A stretch of DNA of 35,275 bases. Origin: Alphaproteobacteria bacterium. Its GTDB lineage: Bacteria > Pseudomonadota > Alphaproteobacteria > GCA-2731375. The notes below the pieces were generated by a model. It was not told where the DNA came from, made no database searches, and was given only the letters and a program-made list of their open reading frames with translations. Shown here one piece after another: positions 8,290-15,988 of this stretch; the stretch's first letter is position 1; each line of letters begins with the position of its first letter. The DNA lies in NCBI GenBank assembly GCA_028281075.1, contig JANQKO010000098.1, positions 1 through 35,275 on the forward strand, written 5' to 3'. A program made the position numbers and the translations under genes.

Positions 8290-9012
8290 GTGATAGCCCA
8301 CTTAATGTTCCCTTATAATGAGAAAATGAGGCATGCTTTGACGCAAAAAGCAAAAGTCGCTGAGAACTCACAAAATTCGCCTACTCTCGATTTTTTAAAA
8401 AATCATTCGGCGCTCGCGGCAACTATAGGATATCTCTATCTGACCTTTATTGGAATGACACAGTCCTGGATGTTGTATTTTCAGTACCGTATCAACATTT
8501 TTGAGTTTTCGGAACTCAATGACTTTCTTCTAGCAGCCTTCCGTGATCCATTAGGTTGGCTGGCTGTCGCCATGTTTTTAGGGTATTTTGTGCTGGTCGG
8601 GCGACTTCTACCTACTCCACCGCGGCAATCAAAAATTGTTAGATTGTTCAAAATTATTTGCCTACTGGCGTTAGCCTTTCTCCCACTTTATTACAAACCT
8701 GTAATGGGGTTCCGTGCCGAAAGTATTGCATCAAAACCGCAAGTGTCGTTCACCCTCCGGCGTGGAGATCTAGTCATTCAGAATGAAACTCCAGCTAACT
8801 TCTTTCTTATTGGAGCCACGGAAAAGTTCGTGTTTGTATTCGATCGCACATCGGAGCGACCTATCGCTATACCTACTAACAATCTTGTCGCTATAGCTTT
8901 TGCAGAAGGACATTGCGGCGGGGAGTGTTCAAAGGATCGAACCATCAAGGAACGTCTGCGTATTTTCCTTGACCAACCCGCTGACCAGGAATCAGGAAAC
9001 CAAGGGCAGTAG
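8290..9012 (+). CDS. hypothetical polytopic membrane protein (orphan island cargo)
   Basis: A 240-codon ORF lies in low-GC DNA and has three predicted TM helices: ALAATIGYLYLTFIGMTQSWMLYF, LGWLAVAMFLGYFVLVG and LFKIICLLALAFLPLYY. A C-terminal soluble region of about 100 aa follows. The start is uncertain (GTG 8290, ATG 8305 or ATG 8326). Confidence 0.6.
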   Translation: MIAHLMFPYNEKMRHALTQKAKVAENSQNSPTLDFLKNHSALAATIGYLYLTFIGMTQSWMLYFQYRINIFEFSELNDFLLAAFRDPLGWLAVAMFLGYFVLVGRLLPTPPRQSKIVRLFKIICLLALAFLPLYYKPVMGFRAESIASKPQVSFTLRRGDLVIQNETPANFFLIGATEKFVFVFDRTSERPIAIPTNNLVAIAFAEGHCGGECSKDRTIKERLRIFLDQPADQESGNQGQ

Positions 9013-9100
9013 CGGCGTGCAACCGCATAGGATTGAACCGCTTGCCTACACTGGCACCCTACCGGACAAACCGTATCCATTATCGAGGCTTGGCGCGGGC

Positions 9101-9139
9101 CTGTGTAATTCCTGTGTAACTGTGCAGTGAATGTGTAAG
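9101..9139 (+). promoter_or_regulatory. candidate arm-type recombinase binding repeats (TGTGTAA units), attR side
   Basis: ctgtgtaattcctgtgtaactgtgcagtgaatgtgtaag has three TGTGTAA units in the same orientation as those at 3772..3792. Confidence 0.35.
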
Positions 9140-9237
9140 GGAAATTGAGGGGCTTCGGGTAACAGGATTTTCCCGCTAACCGGCTGTCCTGCAACGGAAA
9201 ATGCAGCTTATTGCCAGCGGTTGATATTTTGCCGGAA

Positions 9238-9289
9238 AGGACTGCAAATCCTTTTACACCGGTTCGATTCCGGTCCGCGCCTCCAACCT
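9238..9289 (+). repeat. attR: displaced 3' fragment of tRNA-Cys (52-bp direct repeat)
   Basis: It is identical to 3653..3704. The upstream sequence does not continue the tRNA, so it is not a functional gene. Confidence 0.9.
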
Positions 9290-9306
9290 TCCACAGATCG
9301 CGATTG

Positions 9307-9582
9307 TCAGGTCGCGCCGTCGCGTCGGCGCCGCCCCCACCAGACCTCGAGCCGTCGGCGCCAGCGGCGGACGATCGGCAGGTCATAGGACAGAACCATC
9401 AGGCCGAGCGGGATCATCCAGAAGCCGAGGATCGGCAGAAATCCGAGAATCCCGCCGAGCAGCAGCAATATGCCGACGATCACGCGGAGGATCCGCGGCA
9501 TTTGCGCCAGGCGTGTCCTGGCCCGTGAAAAATACGCGTTCCGGTTCAACGATCCCGCGGCCCCGATGGCCGTTCCACCCAC
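9307..9582 (-). CDS. small PGPGW-type transmembrane protein
   Basis: Two TM segments carry LGGILGFLPILGFWMIPLGL, and the tail is basic (RRWRRRLEVWWGRRRR). An alternative start is M28 at 9501. Confidence 0.65.
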   Translation of the reverse strand: MGGTAIGAAGSLNRNAYFSRARTRLAQMPRILRVIVGILLLLGGILGFLPILGFWMIPLGLMVLSYDLPIVRRWRRRLEVWWGRRRRDGAT

Positions 9583-9650
9583 CGGCGAAACGGCCGCAGA
9601 GCCTCGAACGAAGGCCCCGGGCTGTCAATGCTCGCCGTCGGATTTTCCGT

Positions 9651-9715
9651 GATCGATTTGTGCCCTGATTTATAAAGAAATTGTATTATATCGTTATGAC
9701 TGCTGGGAATTATTC
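9651..9715 (-). promoter_or_regulatory. AT-rich intergenic patch with a perfect TATAAT (minus strand, 9685..9690), a possible promoter for 9307..9582
   Basis: tgatttataaagaaattgtattatatcgttatgac stands out against a 70% GC background. I see no good -35 element. Confidence 0.25.
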
Positions 9716-9733
9716 ATCTCGATGACGGCGTTG

Positions 9734-11077
9734 TCAGGCCAGATCGGGCGGCGTGTAGTAATCGCTGGCGACCAGCAGGTCGGCGATGCGGCAACTGCCC
9801 ATGATCCCGTAGGCCGGTTGCCAGCGGGGTTCCTGGTTGAGGTAGGAGGCCGGGTCGCGCCGGATCAGATCCACGATCGCATCGCCGACGATCGCCGCGC
9901 CGACCGGCCCCAGGCGCGCGCCATCGCGCGTCATCCCGGCTTCCTTCAGGATATAGGGCCACAGCGGCGTCCCGCCGGCCGCCGGCCCCGGGAGGTCGGC
10001 GAAGCCCAGGTCCCGGTTCGTCAGCGGTGTCGCGCCGATGGCCGCCGCCACCGCCTGGCCGCTGGGGAGCCGGCAGGCATCGCCCGTCAGGAGCGTCTCG
10101 ACTGCGGGACCGGCGTCGCCCAGCAGGCGGGCGCACAGATGGCCGCCCAGCCGGCGGCTCGGTTGCGGGCGGCCCGCCCGTGGCATCTCGAAAAAGTACC
10201 GCCAGTCGGCCCGGGCGTCGGGCGCGATCGCGCCGGCGCCCTCGTGCCGACGGTCGAACGGCCTATGGGACGCGGTCGCGTTCAGCTTCAGATCGTCGCC
10301 GAACTGACTCAGGTGGAAGCGGCCCGCGGCCACGGCGAATTCCGCCGGCGGTCCCGGGTCGTCGTCCCGTCGCGGGAAGGCCGGCCCCTGCCGGCACAGG
10401 CGGTCGGCGTGGTCGTGGCCGATCAGCAGCGGCAGGAATTCATGCAGCAGCAGCCACTGATAGTGCCACCGCACCTGACGCGCCGCGCGGGTGAAGAGCC
10501 GGTCGGGCGGGACCCCGCTGGCCGCCAGGTCGTCGACGACGACATTGTGGAACTTCACGAAGGCGAGATGCAGTTGCGCCAGGAGGCGGTCCGCGCCGTT
10601 GCGCGGGTCGGGGATCAACGCCGCGCCCTTGCGGTTGCGGGCCAGATCGGCGGCCGGGTTCCGCGCGGTGCCCATCAGCAGGCGCGGTCCGTCGTAGAAG
10701 CACGGCGCCGCGGCGGGACCGTCGCCATAGACGCAGTCGAGCGCCAGCCGGGGTGCCGTGCCGCGGCGGCCGTGCTCGACCGCCACCGCGGCGTAGCTGG
10801 CATCGTGCTCGACCAGGCGCGCCAGGACCGCGAAGCCGATCGGTATCGCCTCGTTGTCCCGGGCGGGTCCGACGGACGCGCGGGGCATGGCCAGCGGCCC
10901 ATCGGCGGCGCCCAGCGATCGCAGCGCGGCCGGCCCGAGCGTGCATGGCGGCAGGTCGCGAAACATTCGGCCAAGGCGCAGGCTGCCCGGTGACATCTGT
11001 CCGGCCGGCCACGGTGTTGGCCGCCGCGGCCTGATCTCCCCCAAAGCTCCCGATGGATGCGTCAGATCCGTATCCAC
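9734..11077 (-). CDS. heme peroxidase family protein (animal-type peroxidase superfamily)
   Basis: The motifs GRMFRDLPP and RQVRWHYQWLLLHEFLPLLIG are characteristic of bacterial members of the peroxidase-cyclooxygenase superfamily. The start is uncertain (11077 or 10996). Confidence 0.8.
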   Translation of the reverse strand: MDTDLTHPSGALGEIRPRRPTPWPAGQMSPGSLRLGRMFRDLPPCTLGPAALRSLGAADGPLAMPRASVGPARDNEAIPIGFAVLARLVEHDASYAAVAVEHGRRGTAPRLALDCVYGDGPAAAPCFYDGPRLLMGTARNPAADLARNRKGAALIPDPRNGADRLLAQLHLAFVKFHNVVVDDLAASGVPPDRLFTRAARQVRWHYQWLLLHEFLPLLIGHDHADRLCRQGPAFPRRDDDPGPPAEFAVAAGRFHLSQFGDDLKLNATASHRPFDRRHEGAGAIAPDARADWRYFFEMPRAGRPQPSRRLGGHLCARLLGDAGPAVETLLTGDACRLPSGQAVAAAIGATPLTNRDLGFADLPGPAAGGTPLWPYILKEAGMTRDGARLGPVGAAIVGDAIVDLIRRDPASYLNQEPRWQPAYGIMGSCRIADLLVASDYYTPPDLA

Positions 11078-11085
11078 GCTCGAGT

Positions 11086-11328
11086 CTATGTCGTGTCACC
11101 GCCGGTCGCGGTGGCATTTGCGGGACAATTTGTGCGTGGGATCGGGCATTCGGCCGTCGTCCGACGCCAGAGAAGGTGTTCCGTTCCCGACGGGAACGAT
11201 GACCGTGCCGCCATGTCCGGCCCGCCTTGCCGCGCCATCGCGGCGCGCAGCCGTTGGCGCTGGCGTTTTCGCTCCGCCGCGGCCTGGGCGAACGTTCGGA
11301 GGGGGCGCTCGAGATAGGCGCTGGTCAT
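11086..11328 (-). CDS. possible small basic protein upstream of the peroxidase gene
   Basis: This 80-codon ORF ends 8 nt before the peroxidase ATG. Third-position GC is high over the first 40 or so codons (hand count) and weaker after. I recognise no homology. Confidence 0.3.
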   Translation of the reverse strand: MTSAYLERPLRTFAQAAAERKRQRQRLRAAMARQGGPDMAARSSFPSGTEHLLWRRTTAECPIPRTNCPANATATGGDTT

Positions 11329-11641
11329 GCTGTCGGCCCTCTGGCTGCTGTTCGTTGCCTAGATTCGCCGTTCGCGTGAAAACCGGAATTGCCGAAAGAT
11401 GCATAGCCCCCCTACAGAAAACAGCGAACCGGCCGATACAACGTATGCGGGCCGACGGCACTCGCGACGTCTCTCGATGAAGTGAGTTGATGTTACCGGC
11501 CGCCGTGAAGACCTCTTAGGCGGGTAATCAAGCGGGAAGCCGTTCCTATCCGCCATGCGGCGGCCATCGGACACAGGCGCGCCAGTTCTTCCCGTGCCGA
11601 TGGCATAAGGAGCGGCCGGAAACGTTCGGATAACGGGGCCG

Positions 11642-12553
11642 ATGAACGACTGGGATGACTACCGTTTCTTTCTCGCCGTTTCGGAGACGGGATCGCTCTC
11701 GGCGGCGGCCCGCAAGCTGGGTGTCACGCAACCCACCGTCGGCCGGCGCATCAACGACCTGGAAAAACGGCTCGGCGCCCGCCTCTTCGACCGCATGAAC
11801 CAGGGCTACGCGCTGACGGCCGCCGGGCGGCGGATCGGCGACCTGGTGGCGCGGATCGAAAGCACGGCCTTCGCCATCGAGCAGCGGGTGAGCGGCGTGG
11901 ACGACCGGCTCGACGGCCGGGTCAGCATCACGACGACCGAGGGCATCGGGATCTACTGGCTGATGCCGCGGCTGCCGAAGCTGCGCCAGCACTGTCCCGA
12001 CATCGATATCGAGCTCGTCGTCGGCGTCGGTGCGCTGGACCTGCTGCGGCGCGAGGCCGATATCGCGCTGCGGGTCGGCAACCCGGGCTGCGCGGAGCTG
12101 GTCGGCCGGCGTGTCGGCGACGTTCATTGCGGCCTCTACGCGTCGGAGGCCTACCTGGCGCGCCATGGCGAGCCGGTGGCGCTCGACGACCTGTCGCGCC
12201 ACACGATCATCGAGTCGGTCCGCGACATCGCCAACCTGGCGCAGGCCCGGCGCCTGCGCGAGGTCGCCAAGGGCGCCGGGGTCGGCGTTCGCTGCAACAA
12301 CCTGACGGCGCAGATCGCGGCGGCGCGGGCCGGCCTCGGCATCCTGGCCCTGCCCGACTACATGGTCGGCGGCGCGTCGGGGCTCCGCCGTATCCTGGCC
12401 GGTTCGTTCGACAGTACCCTCGATCTCTGGCTGCTGACCCACCGCGACCTGCGCCGGACGGCCCGCATCCGTGCCGTGCTGGATTTCCTGGCCGCGGAAA
12501 TTCGCGACGACGCCGGGCGGGGGACGGGCAAGGTCGCGGTGCTCGCGGCCTGA
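11642..12553 (+). CDS. LysR-family transcriptional regulator
   Basis: The N-terminal wHTH reads YRFFLAVSETGSLSAAARKLGVTQPTVGRRINDLEKRLGARLFDR. A substrate-binding domain of typical length follows. Confidence 0.92.
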   Translation: MNDWDDYRFFLAVSETGSLSAAARKLGVTQPTVGRRINDLEKRLGARLFDRMNQGYALTAAGRRIGDLVARIESTAFAIEQRVSGVDDRLDGRVSITTTEGIGIYWLMPRLPKLRQHCPDIDIELVVGVGALDLLRREADIALRVGNPGCAELVGRRVGDVHCGLYASEAYLARHGEPVALDDLSRHTIIESVRDIANLAQARRLREVAKGAGVGVRCNNLTAQIAAARAGLGILALPDYMVGGASGLRRILAGSFDSTLDLWLLTHRDLRRTARIRAVLDFLAAEIRDDAGRGTGKVAVLAA

Positions 12554-12688
12554 CCGCCGGGCCGGGACGTCCGGCCGGCACGGCACCGGCCTGCCACCGC
12601 AAACGGAGCCGTGGACGTCGCCGCCATTGACGCGGGGCGCCGGGATAGGCTTGAAAACGGTCGGCACCGATCGGACAACGTTTGGGTG

Positions 12689-14212
12689 ATGATGATGGTA
12701 CCGACCTTCCCGCCGGCGCCGGCATTCGCGATGTTGGGCGTCGTGGCCTGGATCTCGTTCGCCGCCCCGTCGGCCGCCGGGGAAACCACGCAGGTCTATC
12801 CCGGCGACGCGTGGCAGAAGCTGGCCGAGCCCGAGGCGGCCGGCTGGTCCGCCGACGGGCTTGCCGACGCCCGCCGGCTGTCGCGCCAGATCGGCTCGGC
12901 CGCCGTGATGATCGTGCAGGGCGGCCGTGTCGTCGCCGAATGGGGCGAGACATCGGCGGCGTTCAACGTCTATTCGATCCGCAAGAGCCTGCTGAGCGCG
13001 TTGATCGGCATCGAGGTCGGCTCGGGCCGGATCGGCCTCGATCAGACGCTCGGTGAGCTGGGGATCGAGGCGCTGGACCCGCCGTTGTCGACGGCCGAGC
13101 GCCGGGCGACGGTCGAAGACCTGCTGACGGCCCGGTCGGGCGTCTACCGCCGCGCGGCCTACGAGACCGACGACATGGCCAGGCGCCGGCCAGCGCGCGG
13201 CTGCCACGCGCCGGGCACCTACTGGTACTACAACAACTGGGATTTCAACGCGCTGGGCACGATCTTCGACCGGCGCGCGGGGCGCGGGATCGCCGAGGCG
13301 TTCGCGGAACGGATCGCGCGGCCGCTCGGCATGCAGGACTTCGACGTCGATGACGTCGCCTATGTCGGCACCCGTGGCTCGCTGTACCCGGCCTATCTGT
13401 TCGGGATGTCGGCGCGCGACCTTGCCCGCTTCGGCCTGATGTACCTGCGTCAGGGCCGTTGGCGGGACGCTGTCGTGGTGCCGGCCGACTGGGTGCGGGA
13501 CAGCACGGCCACGCGGACGCGGGCCGGCTCGGGCCGCGGATACGGCTATATGTGGTGGACGGAGCGCCGGCGCGGCATGTTCCCCTACGTCAACATGCCG
13601 AAAGGCAGCTTCGCCGCGTCGGGCAACCGCGGCCAGAAGATTCTGGTCATGCCGGCCTACGACCTGGTGATCGTGCATCTGGTCGACAGCCGCGGACGCG
13701 AGCAGGCCACGTCGGCGCAGCTCGGCCGGCTGGTCCGGGCGATCCTTCGCGCCGGCGGGTTTCCCCACGCCGACGAGTCCCTCCGACGGCAGCAGGGACG
13801 GCAGGCACCCGGGCCGGACGACGCCGCGGACACGACGCGCTATTTCCCCGGGCTCGCGCGGCCGGCGGACCTGACGGTCCGGCCACCGGCCGACGACGTG
13901 CCGGCGGCGCTTGCCGCCTTCTCGGGCGAATGGGTCGGTGTCTGGAGCGGCGGCCGCAAGCACATGCTGGCGGTCGAGCGCGTCCGCCGGGACCATGGCA
14001 TCGCCGTCTATTCCCAGGCCGCGCGCCGGGCGACCTGCATCGACAGCGGCGACTGGTTCCGCGTGCGCGTCGGCTTCGTCGACGGCGTGCTGACCTTTCC
14101 GGACAACTGGCCGGCGGCGGTCACCTACCGGGCCAACGCCGACGGGACCCTGACGGCGCGTATCGACAACGGCCGGCGGGTCCGCCTGGCGACGATGCGC
14201 CGCGCCGATTAG
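12689..14212 (+). CDS. serine hydrolase (beta-lactamase / transpeptidase-like family) with a C-terminal extension
   Basis: It has a signal-like N-terminus from the ATG at 12689 (MMMVPTFPPAPAFAMLGVVAWISFAAPSAAG) and an SxxK motif (SIRKS). The longest ORF begins at 12611. Confidence 0.85.
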   Translation: MMMVPTFPPAPAFAMLGVVAWISFAAPSAAGETTQVYPGDAWQKLAEPEAAGWSADGLADARRLSRQIGSAAVMIVQGGRVVAEWGETSAAFNVYSIRKSLLSALIGIEVGSGRIGLDQTLGELGIEALDPPLSTAERRATVEDLLTARSGVYRRAAYETDDMARRRPARGCHAPGTYWYYNNWDFNALGTIFDRRAGRGIAEAFAERIARPLGMQDFDVDDVAYVGTRGSLYPAYLFGMSARDLARFGLMYLRQGRWRDAVVVPADWVRDSTATRTRAGSGRGYGYMWWTERRRGMFPYVNMPKGSFAASGNRGQKILVMPAYDLVIVHLVDSRGREQATSAQLGRLVRAILRAGGFPHADESLRRQQGRQAPGPDDAADTTRYFPGLARPADLTVRPPADDVPAALAAFSGEWVGVWSGGRKHMLAVERVRRDHGIAVYSQAARRATCIDSGDWFRVRVGFVDGVLTFPDNWPAAVTYRANADGTLTARIDNGRRVRLATMRRAD

Positions 14213-14299
14213 CACCGGCTGGGTTGATACGGTCTTACCCTATCCCGGGTGCTGGCGGCATGGCGGCGGCTTTGGTTCCGATGTCATGGGCGACCGATG

Positions 14300-14582
14300 G
14301 CCGACCCTTCGAGACGCGCCCTGTCGGGCGCTCCTCAGGGTGAGGTGGGAAGCCGATATCGATCTCGGACGTCATGCTGAGAGTGTGTGAAGAAATCGCA
14401 CCGATGCCCCCCAAGTTGTCATCCTGGCGAAGGCCAGGATCCATGTTGGTTGTTTTTGAACAGGTTGCGATGCCGCTGGATGCTGGCCTTCGCCAGCATG
14501 ACGGCTTTCTTTGGGTCGGAAGTCATTTCTTCACAGGCTCTGAGGATCGCCACCGGCGCGTCTCGAAAGATGCGATGCGGTC
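14300..14582 (+). repeat. MITE-like composite palindromic repeat, copy A
   Basis: 20-bp imperfect inverted arms at 14377..14396 and 14525..14544 match 17/20. They enclose two REP hairpins (14421..14440 and 14480..14499). The outer ttcgagacg...ctcctcag modules are also inverted. The copy aligns along its length with the reverse complement of 35000..35275. Confidence 0.65.
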
Positions 14583-15389
14583 TCACGCATCCCCGGAGAT
14601 CCGGGCCAGCGCCGCCTCGCTTTCCGGATTCGCCGGATAGAAACTCTCGATCCGCAGCTCCTGCAGCGTCACGTCCTGCGGCGTGCCGAAGGTGGTCATC
14701 ATGGTGAACAGGTCGACACGCAGGCCGTCGCGCTCGAACGACACCGGCAGCAGCGGCGCCGGCGGCCGGTCGAGATTCGGCAGCGCCCATTCCGCCGGCA
14801 CGCCGGGATAGCTCAGCACCTCGTCCAGCAGCGCCAGCGTGCCCTCGTCCGGCGCGCCGCCCAGCGCGTCGCGGTGCACGCGGTCGATGACGAAGGCGGC
14901 GGCCGGTTCCCAGTCGACGATGAAGGGCCGGAGGCCATTCGGATCGAAGGTCAGGCGCACGGCGTTCGGCGGCTGGGTGATCGCGGCGGGATCGGCCATG
15001 AAATGGCCGAGAACGCGCATCGACGGCGGGTTGCTCATGACGATGTTCCAATAGCGGTCGAGCACCAGGGCCGGATAGGGCTCGTGCGCCTTCATGATGA
15101 AATCGAGCGCCTGGCGCGCCTGGGCCAGCGCCGGATCGTCGAGGTCGGTCTGCCGGTAGACCTGGGCGAAGCCGGCCGCCTCCAGCAGCACGTTGCTCTC
15201 GCGCAGCGGCAGCTCCAGCGCGCCGGCCAGTTGCAGCACCATCTCGCGACTCGGGCGCGAGCGTCCGGTCTCGATGAAGCTGACATGGCGGGCCGAGACG
15301 CTGGCGCTCAGCGCCAGGTCGAGCTGGCTCATATGCCGGACGGTCCGCCAGTGCTTCAGCAGCCGTCCGAGGGGGTGGATGTGCTTCAT
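14583..15389 (-). CDS. XRE-family HTH regulator with an MmyB-like C-terminal domain
   Basis: MKHIHPLGRLLKHWRTVRHMSQLDLALSASVSARHVSFIETGRSRPS is an XRE HTH, and the tail is MmyB-like. The ATG at 15389 is preceded by AAGGAG. Confidence 0.85.
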   Translation of the reverse strand: MKHIHPLGRLLKHWRTVRHMSQLDLALSASVSARHVSFIETGRSRPSREMVLQLAGALELPLRESNVLLEAAGFAQVYRQTDLDDPALAQARQALDFIMKAHEPYPALVLDRYWNIVMSNPPSMRVLGHFMADPAAITQPPNAVRLTFDPNGLRPFIVDWEPAAAFVIDRVHRDALGGAPDEGTLALLDEVLSYPGVPAEWALPNLDRPPAPLLPVSFERDGLRVDLFTMMTTFGTPQDVTLQELRIESFYPANPESEAALARISGDA

Positions 15390-15520
15390 GTCCGACAACT
15401 CCTTGCCCTGGCTCGGCCAGATTAGGCCGGTCGGCAACGCGGCGACATTACCTCCGACGTAATTGAGACGCGCATCTCGGCGGCGCGATGGTGCCGGCAT
15501 CGCTGGACCGATTGGAGGAC

Positions 15521-15979
15521 ATGGAAATGTTCAAAATATGGCACCGCATGATGATGCTGATGGCCGACGTGGTGATCCTCTACGGGCTCGCCATGCTGTT
15601 CTTCGGCACCTCGGGCCTGTTCGCGCCGATCAACGACCCGATCAATGCCACCTTCTTCGGCACGGCACAGCCGCCGGCCGAGATGCTGGCCTATCAGGAC
15701 TTCATCTACGGCCTGATCGGGGCCATGACGGTGGGCTGGGGCCTGCTGCTGTTCTTCGTCGCCTGGAAGCCGTTCGGCAACCGCGAAGCCTGGGCCTGGT
15801 GGGCGATCGTCATCAGCGTCGACGTCTGGTTCGTGATCGACACCTGGGTGGCGCTGTCGTTCGACGCGCCGGTGCTGGTGATCGCCAACCTGCCGCTGGT
15901 CGCGCTGATCGCCGTGCCCCTGATCGGCAGCATCCGCCACGTGTTCGGCGGATCGGCCGCCCGGGCCGCGACGGCCTGA
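15521..15979 (+). CDS. hypothetical four-TM membrane protein
   Basis: The ATG at 15521 is preceded by GGAGGA. There are hydrophobic segments throughout. The gene is divergent from the MmyB-like regulator. Confidence 0.65.
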   Translation: MEMFKIWHRMMMLMADVVILYGLAMLFFGTSGLFAPINDPINATFFGTAQPPAEMLAYQDFIYGLIGAMTVGWGLLLFFVAWKPFGNREAWAWWAIVISVDVWFVIDTWVALSFDAPVLVIANLPLVALIAVPLIGSIRHVFGGSAARAATA

Positions 15980-15988
15980 CCCGAGCGC

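Larger units (their letters stand above)
3653..9289. mobile_element. Decayed integrative genomic island inserted in the 3' half of tRNA-Cys
   Basis: Perfect 52-bp direct repeats lie at both ends, and an integrase pseudogene is adjacent to the tRNA. The island also contains IS debris and a low-GC cargo segment. Confidence 0.85.

Noticed and set aside
8778-9386. 202-aa minus-strand ORF crossing attR
   Set aside because: It spans the low-GC cargo, the tRNA fragment and the chromosomal flank, and overlaps the better-supported 8290..9012 and 9307..9582 ORFs. It is biologically implausible.
11329-11641. Possible riboswitch or sRNA in the lower-GC spacer upstream of the LysR gene
   Set aside because: I could not match it to the cobalamin, SAM-II, glycine or other riboswitch consensus elements I know, and no obvious terminator or antiterminator is present. 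I treat it as an ordinary divergent promoter region unless a covariance-model scan says otherwise.
11546-14215. 889-aa ORF on the minus strand
   Set aside because: It is antisense to the LysR regulator and the serine hydrolase, both of which have recognisable motifs. It has no motifs of its own and is a high-GC artefact.
14235-14707. Several 69-106-aa ORFs inside the repeat region
   Set aside because: They lie entirely within REP/MITE-like palindromes. The peptide motifs arise from the repeat sequence itself.
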